A program made the position numbers and the translations under genes. Below the pieces are notes generated by a model. That model did not search any database. It saw only the letters and a list, made by a program, of their open reading frames with translations, and was not told the origin of the DNA. From contig JAUSKM010000015.1 of the NCBI GenBank assembly GCA_030646955.1, forward strand, positions 285 through 64,284: DNA of 64,000 bases, written 5' to 3'. Within the stretch, counting starts at the first letter, position 1, and every line of letters starts with the position of its first letter. The DNA comes from a bacterium (lineage in GTDB: Bacteria > Patescibacteriota > Patescibacteriia > JACPHY01). Shown in pieces: positions 38,010-47,024 of this stretch.

Positions 38010-41000
38010 TTACGGTTCCTCGCGTGATACTGCCGCTGCCGGCGCCTCGGCAATACCGGGTGATACCGTCATATCCTGCGGAGCCGTCGTCCCCGCATCG
38101 CGGAGTGCCCCGGTGTGCACACTCGGGTGCAGCGCGAGATCCACGCCAACAATGCCCTCGCGTTTGCGCATGTCCAGCGTACTCGAGCGCGCCGGGTCAT
38201 ACCCCCCCTTCTGCGCCGTCACATAGTAGACGCTCTTGCCCGCAAGGAACTGGTAACGGCCGTATCGGTCGGTCGCCGCGGTCTCCAGAAGTTTTCCAAA
38301 CTCAATATCGAACAGACGGACAACCGCGAGGTGGAGCGGGTGCTTAGAAACCACATCCCGAATCGCACCCCAGGATTTCACGGCGCGCGCGCGGATAGCA
38401 AGTCGCCGGAAGAGCACGTAGAAGAGGAGGTTGATGCCCAGCACGGCACCGATGAGCGGACGCGGCGAAATGGCGAAGGATGCGATGGAGAGCACGAGGC
38501 CGACATCCGAAACCGCGCCACTGATGATGCGCCCGTAGTGGTTGCGCAGGACATGCTTGTCGAGCGTCATCGTCCGCTCCGCTTTCGCGTCCAGCGGGAT
38601 ACTCTTGATGACGAACCCGCCACCCTCCGGCACCGCGAACGGCTCGCCGTAGGTGCAATCGAGGAAGTCGCCATCCTCGCGGCGCCCCGCAAGGCGCGTG
38701 GAGGGGTATGCGTACTGCGGATGGCGCACGTCCAATCGGTACGATCCTGCTTGCTTCACCGCAAAGTTGTACCGCCCCAGGTGGTCCGTCACCTCGGTGG
38801 CAACCACGCGACCCGTCGCAACATCCAGAAGCCGGACGGTAGCGAGATCCACCGGCCGCTTCGAGAGCGCGCCATACACCGTCCCCCACGCGGTACGCTT
38901 GCGTCGCGAAAAGAGGCGGCTTGGCGAGAGAAGGAAGCCAACGAGGTACTGCGCGTACGCGAGGAGCTGAAACCCGTGCACGGCGGTCGCGGTGTTCGTC
39001 GCGACGGCAACCACCACCGCTGGCGCAACGACACGCTCCGTCGTTGTCTCAACGGCAGGGTTGTCCAGCACGCGTTCCTGCACCGCCACGGCGGTCTTCT
39101 CCGCGGCCTTCGCCGTTGCCTTCGCGGTGGTCTGCGTTGCACTGACGACGGCCTTCGCGGTCGCGGTGGTTGCCTCGGCAACCACCGTCGCGGTACGCGC
39201 CGCGATGCCTTCCGTTTCCTCGGTGCGATCAAACGCGCTCGCGCAGTCAGGATCCGCTGGGTAGTCCAGGAGCGCGTCGCCATCGTTATCCATACCATCT
39301 GCGCATGCGGCTGGCGCGATCGCAAACGGGAGCACCTGCGGGAGCGGCGAGACGTTCCCTGCGGAATCGCGCGCGGCGACGCGGATGGTGGAGCCGCCTG
39401 GTGGGAGTGCGAGCGTTGTACGGAACTCCCATGCGACACTCGTCACGCGGTGCGTAAAGGTTGCCGATTCTCCGCCGATGGTAATGAGGATCGCATCAAC
39501 ATCTCCTGCCGATGCCGCAGGGATGATACCGGCGAGCTGAATCAGCACGTCGAACGCGTCCGCGCGCGATGCCGCAATCCCCTGCTTCGTTGTCCGAACC
39601 TCGCGAACCTCCGGCGTTCCTGGCGGCGTGCGATCCACCACAAACGGAGCAGCCGCCGTCAGCGTCAGCCCTCCAGCGACAACCGCATCGCCGCGCACCT
39701 CATGTGCTCCTTCTGCCACGATGCCGGGGAGGAGTGCCGTGAAACCGCCGAGCGCGTCCGTCTCCACGGAAGCAATGGGGGTACCGTCGAGCGCAATACG
39801 TACCATGGTCTCCGATGGTCCGCGCCCACTCACCACAACGGTTTGCGCATTGGTTGCAGAGCCCGCGATGGGTGCCGTGAGCGTGAGATCGCGCAAGGGC
39901 GGCGATACCATACGCACCTGCGCAGCAGTAGATTGCCCGCTCGTTGTCACACTGATGCGATGCGATCCCTCGCTCACATTGCGAATGGTCAACGAGAAGC
40001 TCTGATCCGCAGCCGCAGTGAGATTCCAATGCGTCCGATCGTCAAGCGAGACCGTCACCGATGCATCGGATGATGCCGCACCACGAATGACGAGATCACC
40101 CGCAGGCAACACCGCGCCATCAACAGGCGCGAGGAGCGCGAACATCGTCGCCGCGTTTGCGCGCGTGACGCCGGGCGCGGGGGACGCCGTGCCCGGCGCT
40201 GCTGACGTGCCCGGCGCAGCAACGTCTGGAATCGGGACCACCGGCGGTGCTCCCGGTTGCTGCGGAGGCGGCGTTGGCTGCGGCGTAACAGTAAGCGGTG
40301 CGCCAACGGGCTCCGCCGGAGGCGCCTCCTGCGGCGGCACTGGTTGTTGCGGCGGCGCTGTGTCCGGCGGAGGAGCAAGCGGCCCAATGACGCTGAACGT
40401 GAGCGGCGCGAGTGCAACCGTACGCGGCGCCACATCCGCAAGGGGCACATATGCCATAGTCGGCGCAACCGTGAGGGATGCGCCCGCAGCTGCCGTTGTC
40501 CGGAAATCAATGCCGAACACCGCCGTTGCACCGATGCCGAGCGTGGCAAGTCGGAATGTCGCAACACCCGGCGCAGTGGCGCCAACATCCGCAGCATCCG
40601 CGTCGCCTGCATCCGATGCACGGACGCCGTTGACTACGAGCGTGCCCGGCATTGGCACGGCACCTGCCGGGATAGGGATAGAAACAACAAGATTGCGCAC
40701 GATGCCGGTCCCCGCATGCGCAACACGCACCACGACGGGAATGCGATCATCCGTACGAACATCCGGAGATGCGAGCGTGGTCTGCACCTGCGCGGACGCA
40801 TCGCCGCGATCGCTGCCGACGGTGGTACTCACAATGGTCGTCGCGGAGCACGCTGATGGCACGCCAACGTGATTGCGCGCCTCGGCACAAAACGCGTAGG
40901 TATGATCCGGCTCAAGGCCAATGACAAGCACGCGGCCGCGCTCCCACTCTGCGAACGTCCGCCATACGGCATCAGGCGTACCAAAAAGCCCGTCTGCAGC

Positions 41001-42851
41001 AACGTACCGGCCAGATTGTTTATCCTTGATCGCATACCGAATGTCGTCCGCGTTCCCGCTGCCAGCACCAAACGCAATGACCGCGCTCGATCGCGTCACA
41101 TCTGATGCGGTCGCTGCTCCCGGCACGACGGCAAGCGTCACCGCACAGGGATACGAATCGGAAACTGGCGAGATCTTCGTGCCGCTCAACGCGACAACGC
41201 GCCGGCCGCAGTACTCGGTGTCCGGCGCGAGCGCACGTTCCTCCACGAATGTTGCCGCGGGATCGTCCGTCCGCGCCAGCTCCTTCCCATCCGCGTCACG
41301 AATCGCAAACCCCGATGCCGCACCCCCGCTATTCGCAAATGGCCATCGGATGCTCGTGGCGGCGGGCACCGGCGTTGCAATCGTTGGCGCCCCGATGGTG
41401 TCATCTACCGTGTACGCAATACGCAACGCGGTGAGGCGCGGATCCGCCTCGCCGTTCGTTGAAATGAGCGTTGCGCGCCACCGCAGCGATGAACCCGTTA
41501 CCGTGAACGTCCATACCGTCCCGGGCGTGACCGGACCCTCCCACCGTGCGGCACCATCCGCTGCGCTCACCTCGTAGGTGATTGCCGCGCCTGCCGGCAC
41601 GGTCGCCGTGGGCGTGAGCGTCGCGGTAAGGATGCGATGCGGAGTGTCATCAACGGGGTTCGCGGTCAACGCGATACCAGGGGATGCGAGGCCGGACATC
41701 AGGACGTTCGCGCCGTCCGCCCGTCCCGCAATGACGCTCCCGTGCGCGGGGTATGTTGGCGCAATGCCAAACGCGGACGGCGCACTGCCAACCCATCCGA
41801 GGGCAAGCGCGGTGGCAGTCCCGCCCTCCACGCGGGCAACGCCGCCACTCCTCCCAACCAGGAGCTGCCCGCCGGGGCCGTATGCAATCGCGCTGGCGTC
41901 CTCGCTGCGATACGCGATACTCCACCCAGCGCCGCCGTCCGTTGTCTCGTACACGCCATCAAGGAACAGTGCGGCAACGCGCCCCGTACTGCTCGCGGCA
42001 AGCGCGGTCGCATACGGCACGGAGATGCCAGCCGGATTGCGCAGCGTCCACGTGGTACCAGCGTCCACGGAACGGTACAGGCCATCGCGCAATGTCGAAA
42101 GGAAGACCGTATGGTTCGTCTGGTACGCAGGATCCACCGCAACGGCGCGGATGTCACCGTTCACGCGCACTGCATCAGACACGCCGGAGGAAATATCGAA
42201 CCATGATACGCCGCTATCTTGGCTTCGCAGCACGCGATCGAACGCCGCGACAAATACCGTGCGGTCTGTCGCGTACGCCGGCGAGAATGCGATACCAAAT
42301 CCATTCACGCTCCCGTCTACCTGCAGCCACGTCACACCGCCATCAATCGTACGCCAAAGGCCGCTCCCGTTTGTCATGGCAAACGCGATCCCATCGCCGG
42401 AGAATGTTGGGGAAACCGCAACCGCAACCGCCTCGCTGCCCGTCGCAAGCATGCGCAGCCACGTTGATCCTCCGTCCGTGGTGCGATACACGCCGTCGCT
42501 TGCAGCGATGAATGCCGTACGACTTGCGGCGTACTCTGGCGTATACGCGACACCGCTGACGCGGCGGCCATCAAACGCGGCGGCGGTCACCCAGACATTC
42601 CCGTTGTCAACCGCGCGACGCAGACGTACGTCCCCTGCTGCACTGTCCCAAGACGCACTCCAACCCGAAGCGAGCGCAGCGGGCACCGAGGAAAATTCCT
42701 CGACGTACACGCGCTCTGTTGCCGCATCAATTTTGGTGACGACGGCACCCGCAAGAACGAGAAGGAGCGCGGCGACTCCAAAGCCAAGCGCATGGTGACG
42801 CGGGAACAATGCAGCCATAGGAACAACAAACAGCCGAGCACGCAGCTCCAT
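38010..42851 (-). CDS. Giant multidomain surface protein (BNR/Asp-box propeller, FN3/Ig-like domains, Pro-rich linker, DNDGD motif, TM segments, 2x carboxypeptidase-regulatory-like domains)
   Basis: About 1613 aa from the ATG at 42851. Five Asp-box repeats: TTDGGSTW, TIDGGVTW, SQDSGVSW, SVDAGTTW, TTDGGAGW. Pro-rich stretch PPPDTAPPQQPVPPQEAPP. CADGMDNDGDALLDYPADPDC. Two segments like VRLLDVATGRVVATEVTDHLGRYNF, separated by TM helices. Confidence 0.8.
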   Translation of the reverse strand: MELRARLFVVPMAALFPRHHALGFGVAALLLVLAGAVVTKIDAATERVYVEEFSSVPAALASGWSASWDSAAGDVRLRRAVDNGNVWVTAAAFDGRRVSGVAYTPEYAASRTAFIAASDGVYRTTDGGSTWLRMLATGSEAVAVAVSPTFSGDGIAFAMTNGSGLWRTIDGGVTWLQVDGSVNGFGIAFSPAYATDRTVFVAAFDRVLRSQDSGVSWFDISSGVSDAVRVNGDIRAVAVDPAYQTNHTVFLSTLRDGLYRSVDAGTTWTLRNPAGISVPYATALAASSTGRVAALFLDGVYETTDGGAGWSIAYRSEDASAIAYGPGGQLLVGRSGGVARVEGGTATALALGWVGSAPSAFGIAPTYPAHGSVIAGRADGANVLMSGLASPGIALTANPVDDTPHRILTATLTPTATVPAGAAITYEVSAADGAARWEGPVTPGTVWTFTVTGSSLRWRATLISTNGEADPRLTALRIAYTVDDTIGAPTIATPVPAATSIRWPFANSGGAASGFAIRDADGKELARTDDPAATFVEERALAPDTEYCGRRVVALSGTKISPVSDSYPCAVTLAVVPGAATASDVTRSSAVIAFGAGSGNADDIRYAIKDKQSGRYVAADGLFGTPDAVWRTFAEWERGRVLVIGLEPDHTYAFCAEARNHVGVPSACSATTIVSTTVGSDRGDASAQVQTTLASPDVRTDDRIPVVVRVAHAGTGIVRNLVVSIPIPAGAVPMPGTLVVNGVRASDAGDADAADVGATAPGVATFRLATLGIGATAVFGIDFRTTAAAGASLTVAPTMAYVPLADVAPRTVALAPLTFSVIGPLAPPPDTAPPQQPVPPQEAPPAEPVGAPLTVTPQPTPPPQQPGAPPVVPIPDVAAPGTSAAPGTASPAPGVTRANAATMFALLAPVDGAVLPAGDLVIRGAASSDASVTVSLDDRTHWNLTAAADQSFSLTIRNVSEGSHRISVTTSGQSTAAQVRMVSPPLRDLTLTAPIAGSATNAQTVVVSGRGPSETMVRIALDGTPIASVETDALGGFTALLPGIVAEGAHEVRGDAVVAGGLTLTAAAPFVVDRTPPGTPEVREVRTTKQGIAASRADAFDVLIQLAGIIPAASAGDVDAILITIGGESATFTHRVTSVAWEFRTTLALPPGGSTIRVAARDSAGNVSPLPQVLPFAIAPAACADGMDNDGDALLDYPADPDCASAFDRTEETEGIAARTATVVAEATTATAKAVVSATQTTAKATAKAAEKTAVAVQERVLDNPAVETTTERVVAPAVVVAVATNTATAVHGFQLLAYAQYLVGFLLSPSRLFSRRKRTAWGTVYGALSKRPVDLATVRLLDVATGRVVATEVTDHLGRYNFAVKQAGSYRLDVRHPQYAYPSTRLAGRREDGDFLDCTYGEPFAVPEGGGFVIKSIPLDAKAERTMTLDKHVLRNHYGRIISGAVSDVGLVLSIASFAISPRPLIGAVLGINLLFYVLFRRLAIRARAVKSWGAIRDVVSKHPLHLAVVRLFDIEFGKLLETAATDRYGRYQFLAGKSVYYVTAQKGGYDPARSSTLDMRKREGIVGVDLALHPSVHTGALRDAGTTAPQDMTVSPGIAEAPAAAVSREEP

Positions 42852-43002
42852 TGCCGATGCGTGCGCGAACGGCTCACGGAACAATCTTTTGTTAGTATAC
42901 CACGCAAATTTCTCTTGCGCCCACAGGGTACTGGGCGGTACAATGGCAATGTGCATGCGTGACACTGCACGGGGCACGCTCCCGCGCACCACGACTCCAT
43001 CC

Positions 43003-43758
43003 ATGTTCAATCATCAGGATTTTTTCACACTCGAGCGCCGTGCAAAGCAGCAACGCGTTGCCGCGATTGCAGGCAGCGCGCTCGCCGCGATCCTGCTCGT
43101 GACCTTCGCAACCGCGACCGACGCGTCCCGGGCTGTGGATAGCGCATCGCTCGCGCTGGTGTCCGCGGATTGCGCGCCGGTCGTACGCGGCCGCACCATC
43201 CACGTCGCCTGGGAGACCACCGTCGCAGCGGATGAAAATTCCGTCATGGTTGGATCGGACGACATGTTCGGCACCACCGTCGCCGCAACGCCGGGGACGC
43301 GCCACGCAGCAGTCATCGCAGACCTCCCCAGCGGCGCGACCGTCCACTATCGCGTCACATCGCGACGTACTGCCACGGAGGAGACCGCCGCATCCGGTAC
43401 CTGCGTGGTCACGGTGGATGGCCTCGACACCGCCGCGCCACGCTTCACCGATGTCATTGTGGACAGTGTTGTCACCGATGCGGCCGCGGTCCACTTCGCA
43501 ACCAACGAACCCGCCGCGCTCCTCGTTACCGTGACATCCTTTGATGCAGACGGCGCCATCGTCACCGCATCGGAGACCACCGCCACCCAGGATATCGTGT
43601 CGCCTCCCGCCCACCGCATCGTCCTCTCCGGCCTCACCCCCGGCACGCGCTACACCGTCCGCGCAGACGCCATCGACAACGCTGGCAACTCCACCACCTT
43701 GACACCCCCCATCGAATTCCGTACGCTGCATGTGCCCGCCCCCGTAGCTCAGTGGTAG
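43003..43758 (+). CDS. Membrane-anchored protein with two FN3-like domains
   Basis: MFNHQDFFTLERRAKQQRVAAIAGSALAAILLVTFA provides the anchor. Two beta-sandwich-like repeats end in GATVHYRVTS and GTRYTVRADAIDNAGNS. The ORF has no stop until 43758, which is 21 nt inside tRNA-Lys. Confidence 0.6.
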   Translation: MFNHQDFFTLERRAKQQRVAAIAGSALAAILLVTFATATDASRAVDSASLALVSADCAPVVRGRTIHVAWETTVAADENSVMVGSDDMFGTTVAATPGTRHAAVIADLPSGATVHYRVTSRRTATEETAASGTCVVTVDGLDTAAPRFTDVIVDSVVTDAAAVHFATNEPAALLVTVTSFDADGAIVTASETTATQDIVSPPAHRIVLSGLTPGTRYTVRADAIDNAGNSTTLTPPIEFRTLHVPAPVAQW

Positions 43759-43809
43759 AGCAGCGGCCTTTTAAGCCGAATGTCGCAGGTCCGATCCCTG
43801 CCGGGGGCA
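43738..43809 (+). tRNA. tRNA-Lys (anticodon UUU)
   Basis: GCCCCCG TA GCTC AGTGGTA GAGC A GCGGC CTTTTAA GCCGA ATGTC GCAGG TCCGATC CCTGC CGGGGGC A. Folded by hand. There is one G-A mismatch at the top of the anticodon stem. Confidence 0.88.
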
Positions 43810-43830
43810 TAGATACAACCACGCGCAGCA

Positions 43831-43872
43831 CAACAAAACACCCACCCCAGCAATGGGGTGGGTGTTTTGTTG
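43831..43872. terminator. Bidirectional rho-independent terminator (tRNA-Lys / murG)
   Basis: caacaaaacacccacccc agcaat ggggtgggtgttttgttg is an 18-bp perfect stem, followed by gttttt. Confidence 0.85.
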
Positions 43873-43884
43873 GTTTTTCGCCCG

Positions 43885-44952
43885 TCACTGCGCTGCTTGC
43901 ATGACCACGCGCGCAAGCGTGGCGGCGGCGTTGTCGGGAAACATGGTGGCGATGGAACGACCGAGTTTGGCGCGACGGTTGGCATCCTCGAGAAGCGCAT
44001 GGATGCGTTGTGTGAAGACGCCGGGCGCGACGAGGGCCCGCGAATTCCAAACCTCCGCAGCACCGCGCTCGTTGAGTTGCTGCGCGTTGTCTTCCTGGTG
44101 AGTGGATGGCATGGGCACCAGCACCGTCGGTTTACCCAGGCACCCCAGCTCCGCGATCGTCCCCATGCCCGCACGACTCACCACAAGATCCGCAGCAGCG
44201 AGCGCGGGAATCATATCGTCGGCGAGAAACTCAAATTGTCGATAGGATCCGGCCCACTCCCCCTTCCCAGCGGGAGTGGGGGGAACATTGCCCTGCTTCC
44301 CTTTCCCCGTCACATGAATCACGTCGGCAATCGCCGTCAGCTCGGGCAATGCGGCCCAGACAAGGTGGTTGAGCGCCATTGCGCCGGTGCCACCGCCAAG
44401 AATGAGGAGTACGTGTCGATTTCCGGAGAATCCAAAATGCCGCTGTGCTTCGCGCACATCCGCCACGCACGCATCGCGCACGGCGGCACGCACCGGCACG
44501 CCGATGCCCTCAGCGCCAAATGTCGCCGTCCGCGCGGACGAAAACCGCGCCACAAGCGTGTTGGCCAATGATGGACGCGCGTCCAGTTGGTGGATGACGA
44601 TCGGGATGCGCAGCACGCGCGCCGCAAGCATCACCGGCACCTGCACGTATGACCCCGCGCCCACCACCGTATCTGGCCGCTCCCGACGCAGAAACGCAAG
44701 TGCGCGCACGAACGCCCATGCAATTGCAAACGCATCCACGATATTCCGCCCATCCAGGTACCGTCGCAGCTTGCCTGCCGGAAACGCGATGAACCGGATC
44801 CCGTCGCGCTCCACCAACACCCGCTCCGGCCCCCGCCGCGTCCCAATCCACATCATCACCGCCCGCGGCCGCACATGCCGAATCTCCTCCGCGACAGCCA
44901 AGAGCGGGGTCACCGATCCCAATGTTCCGCCGCCGGTGAAGAGGATGGTCAT
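43885..44952 (-). CDS. murG: UDP-GlcNAc--lipid I GlcNAc transferase MurG
   Basis: MTILFTGGGTLGSVTPLLAVAEE glycine-rich loop, a GT28 two-domain layout, and C-terminal RAGMGTIAEL. Confidence 0.9.
   Translation of the reverse strand: MTILFTGGGTLGSVTPLLAVAEEIRHVRPRAVMMWIGTRRGPERVLVERDGIRFIAFPAGKLRRYLDGRNIVDAFAIAWAFVRALAFLRRERPDTVVGAGSYVQVPVMLAARVLRIPIVIHQLDARPSLANTLVARFSSARTATFGAEGIGVPVRAAVRDACVADVREAQRHFGFSGNRHVLLILGGGTGAMALNHLVWAALPELTAIADVIHVTGKGKQGNVPPTPAGKGEWAGSYRQFEFLADDMIPALAAADLVVSRAGMGTIAELGCLGKPTVLVPMPSTHQEDNAQQLNERGAAEVWNSRALVAPGVFTQRIHALLEDANRRAKLGRSIATMFPDNAAATLARVVMQAAQ
44254..44284. repeat. G/C-tract hairpin inside murG
   Basis: cccactccc ccttcccagc gggagtggg has a 9-bp perfect stem. 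Translated as PPTPAGKGEWAG. Confidence 0.6.
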
Positions 44953-45656
44953 GCGTGGGCGTGAAGATACATACTCCGAGCATCGCTCGGCAGCCGCTCG
45001 ATGGCGGAGCGAAGCATGGTGCGGGGCATCGCTGCGGCGTGCAGACGGAGGAATGTTTCGAGGGCGGCCGTGGAACGCTTCCCGGCCTCACGCAGCATCC
45101 AACCGGTTGCTTTGTGGATGAGGTCATGCGGATCGCGTAGGAGGATCTGCGCGATGCGAAACGTGTCCGTCAACTGGCCATGCCGAATGAACGCGTACGT
45201 CGCGACGATGGCGATGCGCCGCTCCCAGAGCTGCGGCGAGCGTGCGAGACGGGCCAGCACACCGCGCGGACGACGCAGGAGGTATGCGCCGACGATGTGG
45301 TACGCAGAAGTGTCCACGAGATCCCAGTTGTTCACGCGCACGGTATTGTGGAGGTAACACTGGTACACCGCGCGCTGCTCCCGCGCATCGCCGCCGTTGA
45401 ACCGCGCGATGAGCAGCAGGAGCGCCACGAAACGATCCTCATGGGAGCGCGATTGCAGCAACTGCTCCGCGTGCGTGAACGAGCATGCGTGGTACTGCTT
45501 CGCAATCGTGCGCATCGTTGGGACAGTAACGCCAAGAAATTGATCCCCCTGTGCGTATTCCCCTGCTCCGGTCTTAAAAAACCGCGCACACGCTGCCGCA
45601 CGCGACGGATCCGCCGCACTCCGTATCGCGCGTTTGATCGTGGGAAGAGAGGCCAT
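44949..45656 (-). CDS. DNA alkylation repair protein (AlkD-like HEAT-repeat family)
   Basis: RAAACARFFKTGAGEYAQGDQFLGVTVPTMRTIAKQY...NNWDLVDTSAYHIVG...WERRIAIVATYAFI matches the AlkD/PF08713 pattern. Its stop overlaps the murG ATG (ATGA). Confidence 0.8.
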   Translation of the reverse strand: MASLPTIKRAIRSAADPSRAAACARFFKTGAGEYAQGDQFLGVTVPTMRTIAKQYHACSFTHAEQLLQSRSHEDRFVALLLLIARFNGGDAREQRAVYQCYLHNTVRVNNWDLVDTSAYHIVGAYLLRRPRGVLARLARSPQLWERRIAIVATYAFIRHGQLTDTFRIAQILLRDPHDLIHKATGWMLREAGKRSTAALETFLRLHAAAMPRTMLRSAIERLPSDARSMYLHAHA

Positions 45657-45729
45657 AGTGCGCTCCTTGATGCTCGGTGCTCGGAATCTGGGCTCTTCGC
45701 CCTTTTCTGTCGCTCATGCTCTGTTTGAT

Positions 45730-45878
45730 CCCCTCCCTCCCCGCGCGTACTCGCGGGGGGAGGGAGGGTTAGGGAGGGAGAGGTGGGACGGAATGGCAAC
45801 ATGGTACAGCCCATCCATAGCCACCTCTCCCCCTCCTGCTCCCCCTCTCCCCACGAGTACGTGCGGGGAGGGGGAGGG
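45730..45878. repeat. Inverted pair of long G/C-tract elements (about 150-bp composite palindrome)
   Basis: 45730-45803 (cccctccctccccgcgcgtactcgcggggggagggaggg...) is in the same orientation as 60164-60235. 45806-45878 (acagcccatccatagccacctctccccctcctgctccccctctccccacgagtacgtgcggggagggggaggg) is in the opposite orientation. Confidence 0.85.
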
Positions 45879-45885
45879 TAAGGAG

Positions 45886-47022
45886 CTAGCGCCGATGCCG
45901 TGCCGCCGTGCCGCGCGTCCGGCTAAGGTTGAGCACGATACCAGCCGCACCCAGCGAGACCGCCAACGCGGTGCCGCCAGAGGAGACGAACGGCAGCGGC
46001 AAGCCCGTGAGCGGGAGCATGCCGACCATCGCGCCAATGTTCACGACGGACTGCACGCCCCACCACGCAGCGATGCCGACAAGCACGAGGCGGTCAAACT
46101 CATCTGTCGCATCCATGGCATTGCGCAGCACGCGCGCAATGACGTACGCAATCAGCGCGAGAAACGCGAGCGAGAAGATGAAACCGATTTCCTCGGCGAC
46201 AATCGCGAAGATGGAGTCCGAGATGACCTCCGGGAGGAACGCAAACTTCTGCCGCGAGTGCCCCAGGCCAACGCCAAACCATCCGCCCGATCCTACAGCG
46301 AGGAGCGCCTGGTTTACCTGATACCCGATGCCCTGGGGATCTAGCTCCGGGTGCAGGAACGCGGTGAGCCGCGCGACGCGGTACGGCGCGGCCGCGATGA
46401 GCGCAGTGAGCGCCGCGATGCCGCCCAACGCGAGGAGGCCGAGGTGGCGCAACTGCATCCCCCCCACGAACGCCATCGCCACGCCAATCGCCGCGATAAT
46501 CAGCATCGTACCGAGGTCTGGTTGGAGCCCGATGATGCCCAGTACGCCACCAAGAACGCCGAGGAACGGCAGGAATCCCCTCGCCCACGCCTTCGGATGG
46601 AACCACAACGGACGCCGCACCGTTGCCCACGACGCGAGCGCGAGGATGAGTCCAACTTTTGCAAGCTCTGCGGGCTGGAACGTCACGAAACCGATATCGA
46701 GCCAGCTCTGCGCCCCACCGCGCGTCACGCCGAGGCCCGGAATGAGCACCGCAATGAGGAGCACCACACTCCCTGCGAGCGCCCAGAGCCCGCACCGCTC
46801 CAGAACAGGCCGCCGCAGCCGCGCGGCGAGCACGAGGAGGACCGCGCCCGGGAGCACGCCGGACCAGAGCTGATGGACCAAGTAGTACGACCGCGAGCCG
46901 TACCGTTCGTACGCGAGCGGCGCAGAGACGGACGAGAGAAAAATGAGCCCCAGTGCCACGAGCAGCGCGACCGCAGCAAAGAACCGCGTGTCCGTCTCCT
47001 GGAGGAATCGCGGCATGCGCAT
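45886..47022 (-). CDS. ftsW: SEDS-family peptidoglycan polymerase FtsW/RodA
   Basis: 378 aa with about 10 TM segments. Motifs FQPAELAK, LQPDLGT and LPLTGLPLPFVSSGGT. Confidence 0.9.
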   Translation of the reverse strand: MRMPRFLQETDTRFFAAVALLVALGLIFLSSVSAPLAYERYGSRSYYLVHQLWSGVLPGAVLLVLAARLRRPVLERCGLWALAGSVVLLIAVLIPGLGVTRGGAQSWLDIGFVTFQPAELAKVGLILALASWATVRRPLWFHPKAWARGFLPFLGVLGGVLGIIGLQPDLGTMLIIAAIGVAMAFVGGMQLRHLGLLALGGIAALTALIAAAPYRVARLTAFLHPELDPQGIGYQVNQALLAVGSGGWFGVGLGHSRQKFAFLPEVISDSIFAIVAEEIGFIFSLAFLALIAYVIARVLRNAMDATDEFDRLVLVGIAAWWGVQSVVNIGAMVGMLPLTGLPLPFVSSGGTALAVSLGAAGIVLNLSRTRGTAARHRR

Positions 47023-47024
47023 AG

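Noticed and set aside
38115-42798. Multiple long plus-strand and off-frame ORFs (652 aa, 406 aa, 284 aa and others) across the giant gene
   Set aside because: All overlap the 1613-aa minus-strand ORF, which has Asp-box, FN3-like and TM features. The alternatives are Arg/Ala/Ser-rich artefacts.
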